Shown: positions 9,654 to 19,769 of the stretch, piece after piece | Numbering within the stretch: the stretch's first letter is position 1 | Layout of the letters: every line of letters starts with the position of its first letter | NCBI GenBank assembly: GCA_034717975.1 | Contig: JAYEMF010000033.1 | Coordinates: forward strand, 1-52,069 | Direction: 5' to 3' | DNA: 52,069 bases | DNA from: Campylobacterota bacterium | GTDB lineage: Bacteria; Campylobacterota; Campylobacteria; Campylobacterales; Sulfurimonadaceae | Program-made: the position numbers and the translations under genes | Notes under the pieces: generated by a model | Database searches by the model: none | What the model was told of the DNA's origin: nothing | Seen by the model: only the letters and a program-made list of their open reading frames with translations

Positions 9654-10501
9654 AAAAGCTTTATATCGATATCGGCGGTACCTATCTTCGCAGTGAACTC
9701 TCAAGCAGAGGTGGAGTGGTGATAGAGAGAGAGACTCTCAGCTCTCAAACGACAGAGTTGATGAGCTATATCGATACAAAGATGCGCGAAACACCCGCTA
9801 TAACGTTTATCGGAATCTCCTATGCCGGACAGGTCCATGACGGGGTGATCCTTTCGGCTCCAAATATTGCACTCCGGGAGTCGGCGATCAAAGCAGCTGC
9901 CAAAACAGACTATGGTGTACATTTAGAGATTGACAATGACCTTAGCTGTGCCGTGATGGCGGAAGCGGACTGTTTTCGGACAAAAAACATAGCGGCCCTC
10001 TATGTCGGTACGGGAATCGGTGCTGCTTATATTGATGGCGGAAAAGTCGTTCGCGGTGGCAGAAATCTGGCGTTTGAAATAGGCCATATTCCTTATAAAG
10101 AGGCCCCGTTCAGATGTGGATGCGGTCGGACAAACTGTGTAGAGCTTTTTGCTTCCGGATCAGCACTCTCAAAATGGCTTCATCACTATGGGAGTGAAAA
10201 ATCTTCTGACCTTGAAGCCCTGAAATTATCTGATATTGCCGAAGAGTCTTCCATAGCCGAGAGATTTGAAGCGGCATTACTGCATGCTGCCGGTACACTG
10301 GTGACCATAGCCAATCCAGATATTCTAGTGCTTGGCGGCGGAGTGATAAAACATAACCCTTACCTGATGGAGTTGCTGAAAGACGGATTGAAAGATGTTG
10401 CCTTGGCACCATCGTTGGAGACGCTTCGTATCGAGATGACGCAGCTGAAAAATGCACCCTTAGAGGGTGTAAAACTACTTGAAAAGAGAGCGTATGGATA
10501 A
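9650..10501 (+). CDS. ROK-family sugar kinase (probable glucokinase)
   Basis: IDIGGT, DND, GTGIG, EIGH and CGCGRTNCVE zinc motif. Confidence 0.88.
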   Translation: MKKLYIDIGGTYLRSELSSRGGVVIERETLSSQTTELMSYIDTKMRETPAITFIGISYAGQVHDGVILSAPNIALRESAIKAAAKTDYGVHLEIDNDLSCAVMAEADCFRTKNIAALYVGTGIGAAYIDGGKVVRGGRNLAFEIGHIPYKEAPFRCGCGRTNCVELFASGSALSKWLHHYGSEKSSDLEALKLSDIAEESSIAERFEAALLHAAGTLVTIANPDILVLGGGVIKHNPYLMELLKDGLKDVALAPSLETLRIEMTQLKNAPLEGVKLLEKRAYG

Positions 10502-11969
10502 ATTAAATATATTAATCGTGGCTTCTGAAGTCGTGCCTTTTGCCAAAAGCGGCGGTTTGGCGGATGTGGCCGGAGCGTTGCCAAAAGCATTACAAAAGTT
10601 AGGGCATGATGTCCGTGTGGTCATGCCGCGCTATTACATCGTCGATAAAGAGAAGTATGGTCTGAAACCGCTTGAAGGTTCGATGGGTGTACCGATGGGG
10701 AGCATGGGTGAAGAGTGGTGTGCCGTGTATGAGGGGGTATTGCCGGGTACGGATGTTCCGGTCTATTTCATCGAGCACGATGGTTTTTTTGGCCGTAAAG
10801 GACTTTATGACGAGAATGGTTTCTCTTTTTCTGATAATGACAATCGTTTTGTCTTTTTCAGCAAGGCTGCCATGCAGCTGTGTAACAAGATAGCCTTCAG
10901 ACCGGATATATTGCATGCCAACGACTGGCATACGGCCTCGATACCGCTGTTACTGAACACGCGATTCGCACATGATGAGATCTTTCAGGGAACAGCCTCG
11001 GTACTTACCATCCATAATATGCAGCATCAAGGCCACTTCTACAAGGGGCTGATCGATGTTATGGAAGTTCCGTGGGAAGAGTTCAATCCGCTCTCACTGG
11101 AATCATTTGGCGGTATCAATCTTCTCAAGGGAGGGATTGCCCATACGGATATGCTGACCACGGTGAGTTCAAAATATGCCGATGAGATACAGACCGAGGC
11201 GTTTGGCTGGGGACTGGAAACTCATATCCAGGGGCATAGCCACAAGCTGGTGGGTATTGTCAATGGCATCGATTATGATGAGTGGCATCCGACAAACGAC
11301 CCGTATATTGCAGCTCCTTATACAGATGAAGACCTTTCAGGAAAAGAGGTATGTAAAAAAGCGCTGCAGCAACATTTTGGTCTTCCTGAGCGAAATGATG
11401 TTCCGCTGATAGGATTTGTCGGAAGACTGGCAGAGCAGAAGGGGATAGATCTGGTTGCACATGTGATCAGCGGATTGATGCATTTGGATATTCAGATTGT
11501 ATTGCTGGGTACGGGCGAGCAGTGGGCGGAACACTTTTTCAGCAATGTCGCCGGAAAATATCCGGACCGTTTTGCCTGCCATATCGGTTACAGCAACGCT
11601 ATCGCCCATCAGATTGAAGCCGGCAGTGACTTTTTCCTGATGCCATCGCTCTTTGAACCGTGCGGTTTGAATCAGCTATATAGTCTCAGTTACGGAACAC
11701 TGCCGATTGTACGGGCTACGGGAGGATTGGATGATACGATCGAAAATTATGATCCGCAAAGTGGGGCAGGGACAGGCTTCAAGTTTGAGTGGGCGACGGC
11801 TGATGCGCTCTATGGCACAGTCAAATGGGCAGTCGATACCTGGTATGAGAAACCTGAACAGATTGTCGCCATGAAACGTCATGCGATGCAGCAGCACTTC
11901 GGCTGGGACGATTCCGCTAAAGATTACGAAAAAGTCTATTATTACGCACTCGGCAAGCGCCGAAACTAA
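10494..11969 (+). CDS. glgA: Glycogen synthase (GT5), copy 2
   Basis: KSGGLADV, HANDWH, GRLAEQKG and PSLFEPCGL motifs; ATG at 10494 overlaps the end of the ROK gene. Confidence 0.93.
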   Translation: MDKLNILIVASEVVPFAKSGGLADVAGALPKALQKLGHDVRVVMPRYYIVDKEKYGLKPLEGSMGVPMGSMGEEWCAVYEGVLPGTDVPVYFIEHDGFFGRKGLYDENGFSFSDNDNRFVFFSKAAMQLCNKIAFRPDILHANDWHTASIPLLLNTRFAHDEIFQGTASVLTIHNMQHQGHFYKGLIDVMEVPWEEFNPLSLESFGGINLLKGGIAHTDMLTTVSSKYADEIQTEAFGWGLETHIQGHSHKLVGIVNGIDYDEWHPTNDPYIAAPYTDEDLSGKEVCKKALQQHFGLPERNDVPLIGFVGRLAEQKGIDLVAHVISGLMHLDIQIVLLGTGEQWAEHFFSNVAGKYPDRFACHIGYSNAIAHQIEAGSDFFLMPSLFEPCGLNQLYSLSYGTLPIVRATGGLDDTIENYDPQSGAGTGFKFEWATADALYGTVKWAVDTWYEKPEQIVAMKRHAMQQHFGWDDSAKDYEKVYYYALGKRRN

Positions 11970-11979
11970 GGAAGTCAAG

Positions 11980-13905
11980 ATGAACAACCCAATACGATAC
12001 GACGTAACACGTTTTACAGAGCTCGATGTCTATCTGTTTAAACAGGGAAACCATATCAAACTATATGATAAGATGGGTTCACATCTCATGGAGCATGAGG
12101 ATAAAAAAGGGGTCTACTTCGCTGTCTGGGCACCCAATGCCGAACGTGTCAGTGTTCGCGGTGATTTTAATAATTACGATACTGAGGTGCACCCGCTTAA
12201 AATCCGTGAAGATGATTCCGGTATATGGGAAGGATTTATCGAAGGGGTTGAACAGGGCCCTACCTATAAGTATCACATCGTTTCAAAATTTCATAACATC
12301 ATCCATGATAAGAGTGATCCCTTTGCTTTTTACAGTGAAAAACCCTCAAATTCAGCTTCTCGTGTCTGGAGTCTTGAAGGGTACGACTGGAAGGACAAGG
12401 AGTGGATGAACGAGCGTCATAAGCATAACAATCATGAAGTAGCGGTCAGTGTTTATGAAGTGCACCTCGGTTCATGGCGGCGAAAAGTTGAAGAGGAGAA
12501 CCGTTACCTGAGCTACCGTGAATTGGCTGATGAGCTGGTTGAGTATGTCAAAATGATGAACTATACCCATGTCGAATTTATGCCGCTGACCGAGTATCCT
12601 TTCTTTGGATCATGGGGATATCAGGTGGTCGGCTACTTCGCTGCAACAGCACGTTTTGGCGAACCGGCAGACCTGATGTACCTGATCGATAAAATGCATG
12701 AAAACGGTATCGGTGTTATCATGGACTGGGTACCGTCTCACTTTGCTGTAGATATGCACGGATTGATCAATTTTGACGGAACGGCGTTATATGAGCATGA
12801 AGATCCAAGACAGGGATTCCATCCGGAGTGGGGGAGCATTATCTTCAACTATGGGCGTAATGAGGTGCAGTCGTTTCTGATCAGTTCGGCAATGTTCTGG
12901 CTTGAGAAGTACCATATTGACGGTATCCGCGTTGATGCTGTCGCTTCCATGCTTTATCTGAACTATGCCAGAGAAGAGGGGGAGTGGATCCCCAATGTGC
13001 ATGGCGGTGATGAAAATCTTGAAGCCGTTGCCTTTTTACGTAAGCTCAACGAAAGTGTCTATCGCGAGTTTACTGATATTATGATGATCGCCGAGGAGTC
13101 AACGGCCTGGCCGATGGTGACACGGCCGACAAGCATCGGCGGTCTTGGGTTTGGTTTTAAATGGAACATGGGATGGATGCATGACTCGCTTAAATATATG
13201 AGTTATGATCCCATCTACCGTCAGCATCATCACCATCAGCTCACATTCAGTATGTGGTACGCCTTTGATGAACACTTTATGCTGCCGCTGAGTCATGATG
13301 AAGTGGTCCATATGAAGGGCTCGCTTATCAATAAAATGCCGGGTGACAATAACCAGAAATTTGCCCATCTTCGTGCCCTCTACGCCCATATGATGGCGCA
13401 TCCGGGTAAAAAACTGCTCTTTATGGGGGGTGAGATAGCCCAGTTTGCAGAGTGGAATTTTGAACAGAGCCTTGACTGGCATCTGCTTGATTACCCGCTG
13501 CATAGTAAGCTGCAGAAGATGCTGAGTGATCTTAACCGCATCTACCGTGATGAGCGTGCCCTGCATCTGTATGATGAGCAGAAGTGCGGCTTTGAGTGGA
13601 TAGATGACGGCGATTATCAGCATAACTGTATCAGTTTTATGCGAAAAAGCGATGATCCGGATGAGACGGTTTTGGTGTTATGTAACTTTTCAGACGAAAC
13701 GCGTAAGTTTTACCGTGTCGGTGTACCGTATGAAGGCGAATATGAAGAGATCTTTAATTCGCAATCCTCTTATTATGAAGGATGGAACATAGGTAACAGC
13801 GGACCGATCACAGCGGTCAAAGAGACAATGCACGGACGTGACTACTCGATCAGTCTGACCCTTCCTCCTCTTGGTGTACTTTATTTGAAACGGATTATTA
13901 AATGA
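11980..13905 (+). CDS. glgB: 1,4-alpha-glucan branching enzyme (GH13)
   Basis: VWAPNA, YEVHLGSW, DGIRVDAVASM, AEEST and LSHDEVV motifs; TAAGGA SD before ATG at 11980. Confidence 0.96.
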   Translation: MNNPIRYDVTRFTELDVYLFKQGNHIKLYDKMGSHLMEHEDKKGVYFAVWAPNAERVSVRGDFNNYDTEVHPLKIREDDSGIWEGFIEGVEQGPTYKYHIVSKFHNIIHDKSDPFAFYSEKPSNSASRVWSLEGYDWKDKEWMNERHKHNNHEVAVSVYEVHLGSWRRKVEEENRYLSYRELADELVEYVKMMNYTHVEFMPLTEYPFFGSWGYQVVGYFAATARFGEPADLMYLIDKMHENGIGVIMDWVPSHFAVDMHGLINFDGTALYEHEDPRQGFHPEWGSIIFNYGRNEVQSFLISSAMFWLEKYHIDGIRVDAVASMLYLNYAREEGEWIPNVHGGDENLEAVAFLRKLNESVYREFTDIMMIAEESTAWPMVTRPTSIGGLGFGFKWNMGWMHDSLKYMSYDPIYRQHHHHQLTFSMWYAFDEHFMLPLSHDEVVHMKGSLINKMPGDNNQKFAHLRALYAHMMAHPGKKLLFMGGEIAQFAEWNFEQSLDWHLLDYPLHSKLQKMLSDLNRIYRDERALHLYDEQKCGFEWIDDGDYQHNCISFMRKSDDPDETVLVLCNFSDETRKFYRVGVPYEGEYEEIFNSQSSYYEGWNIGNSGPITAVKETMHGRDYSISLTLPPLGVLYLKRIIK

Positions 13906-15356
13906 AAAAACGAACCAAAATATTAGCCACGATCGGGCCGGCATCTGATTCACTTGAACAGCTCGAAGCACTTATCCGTGCAGGCGTCAATGTTTTCCGC
14001 CTGAACTTCAGCCATGGGAGCCATGAATATCATTCAGAAGTTCTTGAGCGTATTCGAACAGCAATTGAAAATACCGGACTCATTACCGGAGTACTACAAG
14101 ATATCAGCGGCCCGAAGATCCGAATCGGGATGCTCGAAGAGGACTTTACACTCCGGGCAGGCGATACGATCGAGTTCGTGAAAGATGATATTGTCGGTAG
14201 TAAAGTTGCAGAGGGGTACTACCGTCTGACGATCAACCAGAAATCGATTCTTGATCGACTTCATGTTGGTGAGTTGATCTATCTGTATGACGGGATTATC
14301 CGTTCAAGAGTCATTGAAGTGACACCCGAATGTGTGAAGGTTCTTATAGAAAATGATGGGATTCTGAGTTCAAGAAAAGGGGTCAATTTTCCAAACACCA
14401 GACTCGGTATTGATGTTCTGACACCAAAAGATAAAGATGACATGCGCTGGGGAGTTGAAAACGGTGTAGACTTTATGGCGATCTCCTTTGTTCAGAATGC
14501 AAAAGATATGCGTGCCGCGCGATCTGTTGTTGAAGGTCATGGCGGAACTACCCAGCTTTTTGCGAAGATCGAAAAGTTTGATGCGGTAGAAAATATTGAT
14601 GAGATACTAGAAGCGAGTGACGGGCTGATGGTCGCACGGGGTGACCTGGGGATAGAGATTCCCTATTTTAACGTCCCGTCTGTCCAGAAGATGATTATCA
14701 AAAAAGCAAACGATGCCAGTAAACCGGTCATCACAGCGACGCAGATGCTGCTCTCCATGACCAAAAACGATACCGCTACCCGCGCCGAGATCAGTGATGT
14801 AGCCAACGCTGTTTTAGACGGTACCGATGCGGTGATGCTCTCCGAAGAGAGTGCGATGGGACATAACCCTGTTCTGGCAGTTGAGACAATGACCAATACG
14901 ATCCGGGCGACGGAAGATAACTATCCGTATGATCATCTGACAGGTTATACGATGCATGACAGAAGCGATAAGATCAATGAGTCGGCGGTCCGTCTCTGTC
15001 AGACCCTTGATGCAGCGGCCATATTGACGATTACCTCTTCTGGACAATCAGCGAAAAAAATAGCCCGTTACCGGCCCCATACAACTATTTATGCCGTAAC
15101 CCATGATGTCAGAACTGCTCAGTCCATGACAATTGTCTGGGGTGTCGTTCCGGCCTTCTCGGTAACCGATCAAAGTCTTGGCAAGATGATGAATGATTTA
15201 ATGGAACAGGGGCTTAAACGCGGGGTCCTGGACATAGAGAGTCACTATATTCTGACCGCAGGCGATCCCGTAGGTGTCAGCGGTCTGACCAATATGATCC
15301 GTATTATCGGCGCGAATGAGATGGAGTATTTCAGATCGTTAGAGTGGAAAGATTAG
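13902..15356 (+). CDS. pyk: Pyruvate kinase
   Basis: TKILATIGPAS, RLNFSHG, KIEK, MVARGDLG and ATQML motifs. Confidence 0.96.
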   Translation: MKKRTKILATIGPASDSLEQLEALIRAGVNVFRLNFSHGSHEYHSEVLERIRTAIENTGLITGVLQDISGPKIRIGMLEEDFTLRAGDTIEFVKDDIVGSKVAEGYYRLTINQKSILDRLHVGELIYLYDGIIRSRVIEVTPECVKVLIENDGILSSRKGVNFPNTRLGIDVLTPKDKDDMRWGVENGVDFMAISFVQNAKDMRAARSVVEGHGGTTQLFAKIEKFDAVENIDEILEASDGLMVARGDLGIEIPYFNVPSVQKMIIKKANDASKPVITATQMLLSMTKNDTATRAEISDVANAVLDGTDAVMLSEESAMGHNPVLAVETMTNTIRATEDNYPYDHLTGYTMHDRSDKINESAVRLCQTLDAAAILTITSSGQSAKKIARYRPHTTIYAVTHDVRTAQSMTIVWGVVPAFSVTDQSLGKMMNDLMEQGLKRGVLDIESHYILTAGDPVGVSGLTNMIRIIGANEMEYFRSLEWKD

Positions 15357-15394
15357 CAGTAATCCAAGAGAAAAACAGTTAAATAGGGGAGTCT

Positions 15395-15643
15395 ATGTCA
15401 ACACTTACTGTCAAAGAGTACGCCGTCAAATATAGACTACCCATCTACAATGTTGTCAAGATGGCTAAAAATGGAGAGCTTCCTACTGAAAAACGTCAGG
15501 TAGATGGTAAAGATGAGCTGTTTATCGTAACTGATGAAGCACCTGCGCTCAAAACGCCATCTCAAGAAGCGACAGTTGATTATAAAAAAGCCTATTTTGA
15601 ACTCAAAGCCAAATATGACAAACTGTTAAAGCAAAAGGGTTAA
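15395..15643 (+). CDS. Small putative DNA-binding protein (excisionase/HTH_17-like N-terminus, coiled-coil C-terminus)
   Basis: LTVKEYA......V.KMAKNGELP pattern; GGGGAG SD; amphipathic C-terminal helix. Confidence 0.6.
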   Translation: MSTLTVKEYAVKYRLPIYNVVKMAKNGELPTEKRQVDGKDELFIVTDEAPALKTPSQEATVDYKKAYFELKAKYDKLLKQKG

Positions 15644-15652
15644 AATATCTTC

Positions 15653-15679
15653 TCAATGAGATTGAGCAGATCTCATTGA
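15653..15679. terminator. Hairpin between convergent genes (bidirectional terminator candidate)
   Basis: TCAATGAGAT-N7-ATCTCATTGA, a perfect 10-bp stem. Confidence 0.55.
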
Positions 15680-15704
15680 AGTGGCAGGATGAGGAAGATA
15701 ATCC

Positions 15705-17339
15705 CTAAAAAAGTTTACTTACCATAGCCTGGGCTTCATCCTGTATCTGTTTCAAGTGAGCCTCGTCAATAAAACTTTCCGCGTAGATTTTGTAAATATC
15801 TTCTGTTCCGGATGGACGAAGGGCAAACCAGCCATTTTTGGCCACGATCTTCAAGCCGCCGATAGCCGCATTGTTTCCCGGGGCATTGGTGAGGATCGCT
15901 TCAATCTTTTCGCCTGCAAGCGTGCTCTCTTTCACATCTTCCGGCGATAGGTTTTTCAATACAGCTTTTTGCTCTGCCGTAGCCGGTGCATCGATACGGG
16001 CGTAAACCGGTGCGCCGAACTTTTTGGTCAGTTCCCGGTAGTGTTCACCCGGATCACGTCCCGTTTTGGCAAGGATCTCGGCAGAGAGAAGGGTCAGGAT
16101 CATACCGTCTTTGTCAGTGCTCCAAACGGTGCCGTCTTTACGTAAAAAGCTGGCTCCGGCACTCTCTTCTCCGCCAAAGATGATGCTTCCCTCGACCAGC
16201 CCATCGACAAACCATTTGAATCCGACCGGTACTTCAATCACTTTTTTGCCAAGTGCCTCGGCTACACGGTCGATCATCGAACTGCTGACGAGTGTCTTGC
16301 CGATACCCAGTTCACTGCTCCACTGCGGACGGTTCTGTGCAAGGTAGTTGATGGCAACACTAAGGTAGTGGTTGGGGTTCATGAGACCGACACTTTTGGT
16401 GACGATACCGTGACGGTCGAAGTCAGTGTCGTTTCCAAAAGCGATGTCAAACTCCTCTTTCATGGCGACCAGTCCGGCCATGGCATAAGGGGACGAACAG
16501 TCCATGCGGATCTTTCCATCTTTATCGCAGTGCATGAAGGAGAAGGTGGAGTCAAGGGTGTTGTTGAAAACTTCCATATTCAGGTTATAGCGTTCTTTGA
16601 TGGCGCCATAGTAAGCCATACCGGCACCACCCATCGCATCAGCACCAATATGGATACCGGACGAAGCAATCGTATCCATATCAATTACATTCTGAAGATC
16701 TTCGACGTAAGGGGTGATATAGTCATACTCCACGATATTATCGGTTTCAAGGGCCTCCTCAAGAGGGAATTTCAGAACACCATTGAGGCCGTTTTCCATA
16801 TGGGTATTGGCCCGGGCTTCGATCCAGTCGGTGACATCGGTGTCAGCCGGTCCGCCATGCGGTGGATTGTACTTGAAGCCGCCATCGGTCGGCGGATTGT
16901 GTGATGGTGTGATGACGATGCCGTCACACTGTGCATCGCTGTGCTGATTGTGTGTCAAAATAGCATGTGAGATGACGGGTGTCGGTGTATAGCCAAAATC
17001 TTTGGCAATACGTACATCGATACCATTGGCGCTCAGGACCTGAATGGCACTCAGCTGTGCAGGGTAGGAGAGGGCATGCGTGTCCATTCCCATAAACAAG
17101 ATACCATCAATCCCCGCTTCTTTACGGTAATCGCAGACCGCTTGGGTCACTGCCAGTATATGTCTCTCATTAAAGCTGTTAAGGAGTGCAGCACCCCGGT
17201 GTCCGGAGGTTCCGAAACTGATGCGCTGAGCATTCTTGTCCGTATCGGGAACCTGGGTGTAGTAAGCTGAGATAAGTTCGGGAACATTGATCAGGACTGA
17301 TGTCGGTGCCAGTTTTCCGGCATATGGATGGAGACTCAT
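15705..17339 (-). CDS. pgm: Phosphoglucomutase (alpha-D-glucose-specific, E. coli Pgm type)
   Basis: FGTSGHRG, TPSHNP catalytic Ser, DTDFDR metal loop, GEESAG and RPSGTE motifs. Confidence 0.95.
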   Translation of the reverse strand: MSLHPYAGKLAPTSVLINVPELISAYYTQVPDTDKNAQRISFGTSGHRGAALLNSFNERHILAVTQAVCDYRKEAGIDGILFMGMDTHALSYPAQLSAIQVLSANGIDVRIAKDFGYTPTPVISHAILTHNQHSDAQCDGIVITPSHNPPTDGGFKYNPPHGGPADTDVTDWIEARANTHMENGLNGVLKFPLEEALETDNIVEYDYITPYVEDLQNVIDMDTIASSGIHIGADAMGGAGMAYYGAIKERYNLNMEVFNNTLDSTFSFMHCDKDGKIRMDCSSPYAMAGLVAMKEEFDIAFGNDTDFDRHGIVTKSVGLMNPNHYLSVAINYLAQNRPQWSSELGIGKTLVSSSMIDRVAEALGKKVIEVPVGFKWFVDGLVEGSIIFGGEESAGASFLRKDGTVWSTDKDGMILTLLSAEILAKTGRDPGEHYRELTKKFGAPVYARIDAPATAEQKAVLKNLSPEDVKESTLAGEKIEAILTNAPGNNAAIGGLKIVAKNGWFALRPSGTEDIYKIYAESFIDEAHLKQIQDEAQAMVSKLF

Positions 17340-17494
17340 AGGGTGCCTTTCGGGTTTAGATAATCATAGTATGACATTTTATCATTTACAGTGATGTTAC
17401 AGTTTATTAAAGTTGATTGAAATTGAAACAATTTTGAAACTAGGTTTATGTAAAATTTCACTATAATTCTTACAATAAAAATAAAAGGATTCTT
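17340..17494. promoter_or_regulatory. Divergent pgm/gap promoter region
   Basis: AT-rich; TATAAT at 17462-17467 upstream of gap; AAAGGA SD. Confidence 0.55.
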
Positions 17495-18490
17495 ATGGCT
17501 ATCAAAGCAGCAATCAACGGAACAGGACGCATCGGAATGATCGTCGCGAAAATTATCACGTCACGTGACGATATCGAACTAGTCGCAATCAATACAACGG
17601 CAAAGCCGGATATGCTGGAGTACCTTTTCAAATATGACAGTGTTCACACGGGTGTCGATGCAGAAGTGATCGATGACAACACCATTATGATCAACGGCAA
17701 GAGAGTCACAATGTTCAGTACACGTGATCCTAAAGAACTTGACTTTGGTTCTGCCGGTGCTGAAATTGTCATCGAGTGTACAGGTGTCTTTTTAACGACT
17801 GAAAAAGCGCAGTCTTACCTTAAAAACGGCGTCAAAAAAGTCGTTATGTCTGCTCCGGCTAAAGATGATACACCTACCTATGTGCTAAATATCAATACAG
17901 ACGACTATAAAGGCGAAGCGATTATCTCCAATGCAAGCTGTACTACCAACTGTCTTGCCCCGATCTGTAAAGTCCTTGATGATGCCTTTGGCATTGAAAA
18001 CGGTTTGATGACGACGATCCACTCCTATACAAACGATCAGAATGTCCTTGATGTCAAACACAACAAAGATCAGCGACGTGCCCGTGCGGCAGCAGTCAAT
18101 ATGATCCCGACAACGACCGGTGCGGCTAAGGCTATCGCCCTTGTAATGCCTCAGCTTAAAGGCAAACTCAACGGTTATGCCATGCGTGTCCCAACACCGA
18201 ACGTTTCGGTTGTCGACCTGACGGTCAACCTGAAAAAAGATGTTACAAAAGAGGAGATCAATGCCGCTTTTGATACAGCTGCGACAGGTGACTTCAAAGG
18301 TCTGATCGAGATCGATAACGACAAACGTGTTTCAAGTGACTTTATCGGTTCGACTTACAGCTCAACCTATGTCCCGGATATGACCAGTGTTGTTGATGGC
18401 AATACGGTCAAAGTACTTGCCTGGTATGACAATGAGTGGGGTTACAGCTCTCGTCTTGTAGACATGTGTGTTCTCGTCGGAAACAAGTAA
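17495..18490 (+). CDS. gap: Glyceraldehyde-3-phosphate dehydrogenase, type I
   Basis: INGTGRIG, SNASCTTNC and WYDNEWGYS motifs. Confidence 0.97.
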   Translation: MAIKAAINGTGRIGMIVAKIITSRDDIELVAINTTAKPDMLEYLFKYDSVHTGVDAEVIDDNTIMINGKRVTMFSTRDPKELDFGSAGAEIVIECTGVFLTTEKAQSYLKNGVKKVVMSAPAKDDTPTYVLNINTDDYKGEAIISNASCTTNCLAPICKVLDDAFGIENGLMTTIHSYTNDQNVLDVKHNKDQRRARAAAVNMIPTTTGAAKAIALVMPQLKGKLNGYAMRVPTPNVSVVDLTVNLKKDVTKEEINAAFDTAATGDFKGLIEIDNDKRVSSDFIGSTYSSTYVPDMTSVVDGNTVKVLAWYDNEWGYSSRLVDMCVLVGNK

Positions 18491-19752
18491 TGTTACGCTT
18501 CAATCGTGATTTCAGTTTTGAAGGCACGGATGCTCAACAGACGATTATGGACGGCGCTCTAGCTGTCGTAACTGAAGAGCGTCAAAGCGGCAGGATCGGC
18601 TACTATAACCTTCCTCAGGATACAAAGTCTCTGATCACTGAGGTGAATGAGCTTGAAACAAGCAATTCACTGCTTGCTTCCGGTGCCATCACCGACATTG
18701 CGGTGATCGGCATCGGCGGTTCATCACTGGGTATTAAAGCGATTGATTCGTTAATGGCTTCGAAAAATGTCAAAACGCGTGAACTGCACTTTTTTGAGAA
18801 CTCTGACCCGATCAATATCTCCGGAACACTGGCCAAACTGAAAAAAGAGAGTACGCTCTTTATCGTTATCTCCAAATCAGGCGGTACGATCGAGACGACC
18901 TCTGTTTTCAAGACAGCTATTGCCCACTTTGGACTGGATCTCGAAGGTGCTGACAGTGAACGTGTGATGGTGATCACCGACAAAGGGTCTGCGCTTTCAG
19001 AGTTTGGCGACCACTATGGCCTGAGCCAGTTCAACATCCCTGACAATGTCGGTGGACGCTTTTCGGTACTGAGTGCGGTGGGGATTGTTCCTCTGACACT
19101 GGCAGGTTTCGATACTGCTTCCCTGTTGAACGGTGCCGGGGATTTCCTTGAGCGCTTTTTCAAGCGTGAAGAGAACCATCTGCTGGAAAAAGCCTGCTTT
19201 TTGTATGAACAGAGTAAACAGAAGAGTATTAACGTCCTCTTCTCTTATGCCAATGACCTGGAAAACCTGAGCAAATGGTATGTCCAGCTCTGGGGTGAAT
19301 CCCTGGGAAAGATCGACGCATTCGAGAGCAGTGTCGGACTGACGCCGATCGGTCTGATCGGTGCGGTTGATCAGCACTCTTTCTTACAGCTGGTGATCGA
19401 GGGACCAAAAGACAAGACGGTAACCTTTATTAGTATTGAAGATTTTGAGAATGATCTGACAATTCCGGATGTCTCGCTGAAATATATTGAAAAAACAGAC
19501 TTTATTAATACCCAAAGCTTCAATACCCTCATCAATGCACAGTGCGATGCGACCAGACAGAGTCTGGTACAAAGTGATGTACCTGTCGATGGTATTGTGA
19601 TCGATAAGATCTGTGAAGCAAATATCGGTGCGATGATCATCTACTATGAACTGCTGACTTCACTTGTCGGCGCAATGATGATGGTCAACACCTATGACCA
19701 GCCCGGTGTTGAACTGGGTAAGGTAATCCTCTATAAAAATTTAGAAAAGTAA
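18490..19752 (+). CDS. pgi: Glucose-6-phosphate isomerase
   Basis: IGIGGSSLG, SKSGGTIET, VGGRFSV, ESLGK, DQHS and DQPGVELGK motifs; TAATG coupling to gap. Confidence 0.95.
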   Translation: MLRFNRDFSFEGTDAQQTIMDGALAVVTEERQSGRIGYYNLPQDTKSLITEVNELETSNSLLASGAITDIAVIGIGGSSLGIKAIDSLMASKNVKTRELHFFENSDPINISGTLAKLKKESTLFIVISKSGGTIETTSVFKTAIAHFGLDLEGADSERVMVITDKGSALSEFGDHYGLSQFNIPDNVGGRFSVLSAVGIVPLTLAGFDTASLLNGAGDFLERFFKREENHLLEKACFLYEQSKQKSINVLFSYANDLENLSKWYVQLWGESLGKIDAFESSVGLTPIGLIGAVDQHSFLQLVIEGPKDKTVTFISIEDFENDLTIPDVSLKYIEKTDFINTQSFNTLINAQCDATRQSLVQSDVPVDGIVIDKICEANIGAMIIYYELLTSLVGAMMMVNTYDQPGVELGKVILYKNLEK

Positions 19753-19769
19753 AACAACTAAGGACATTA

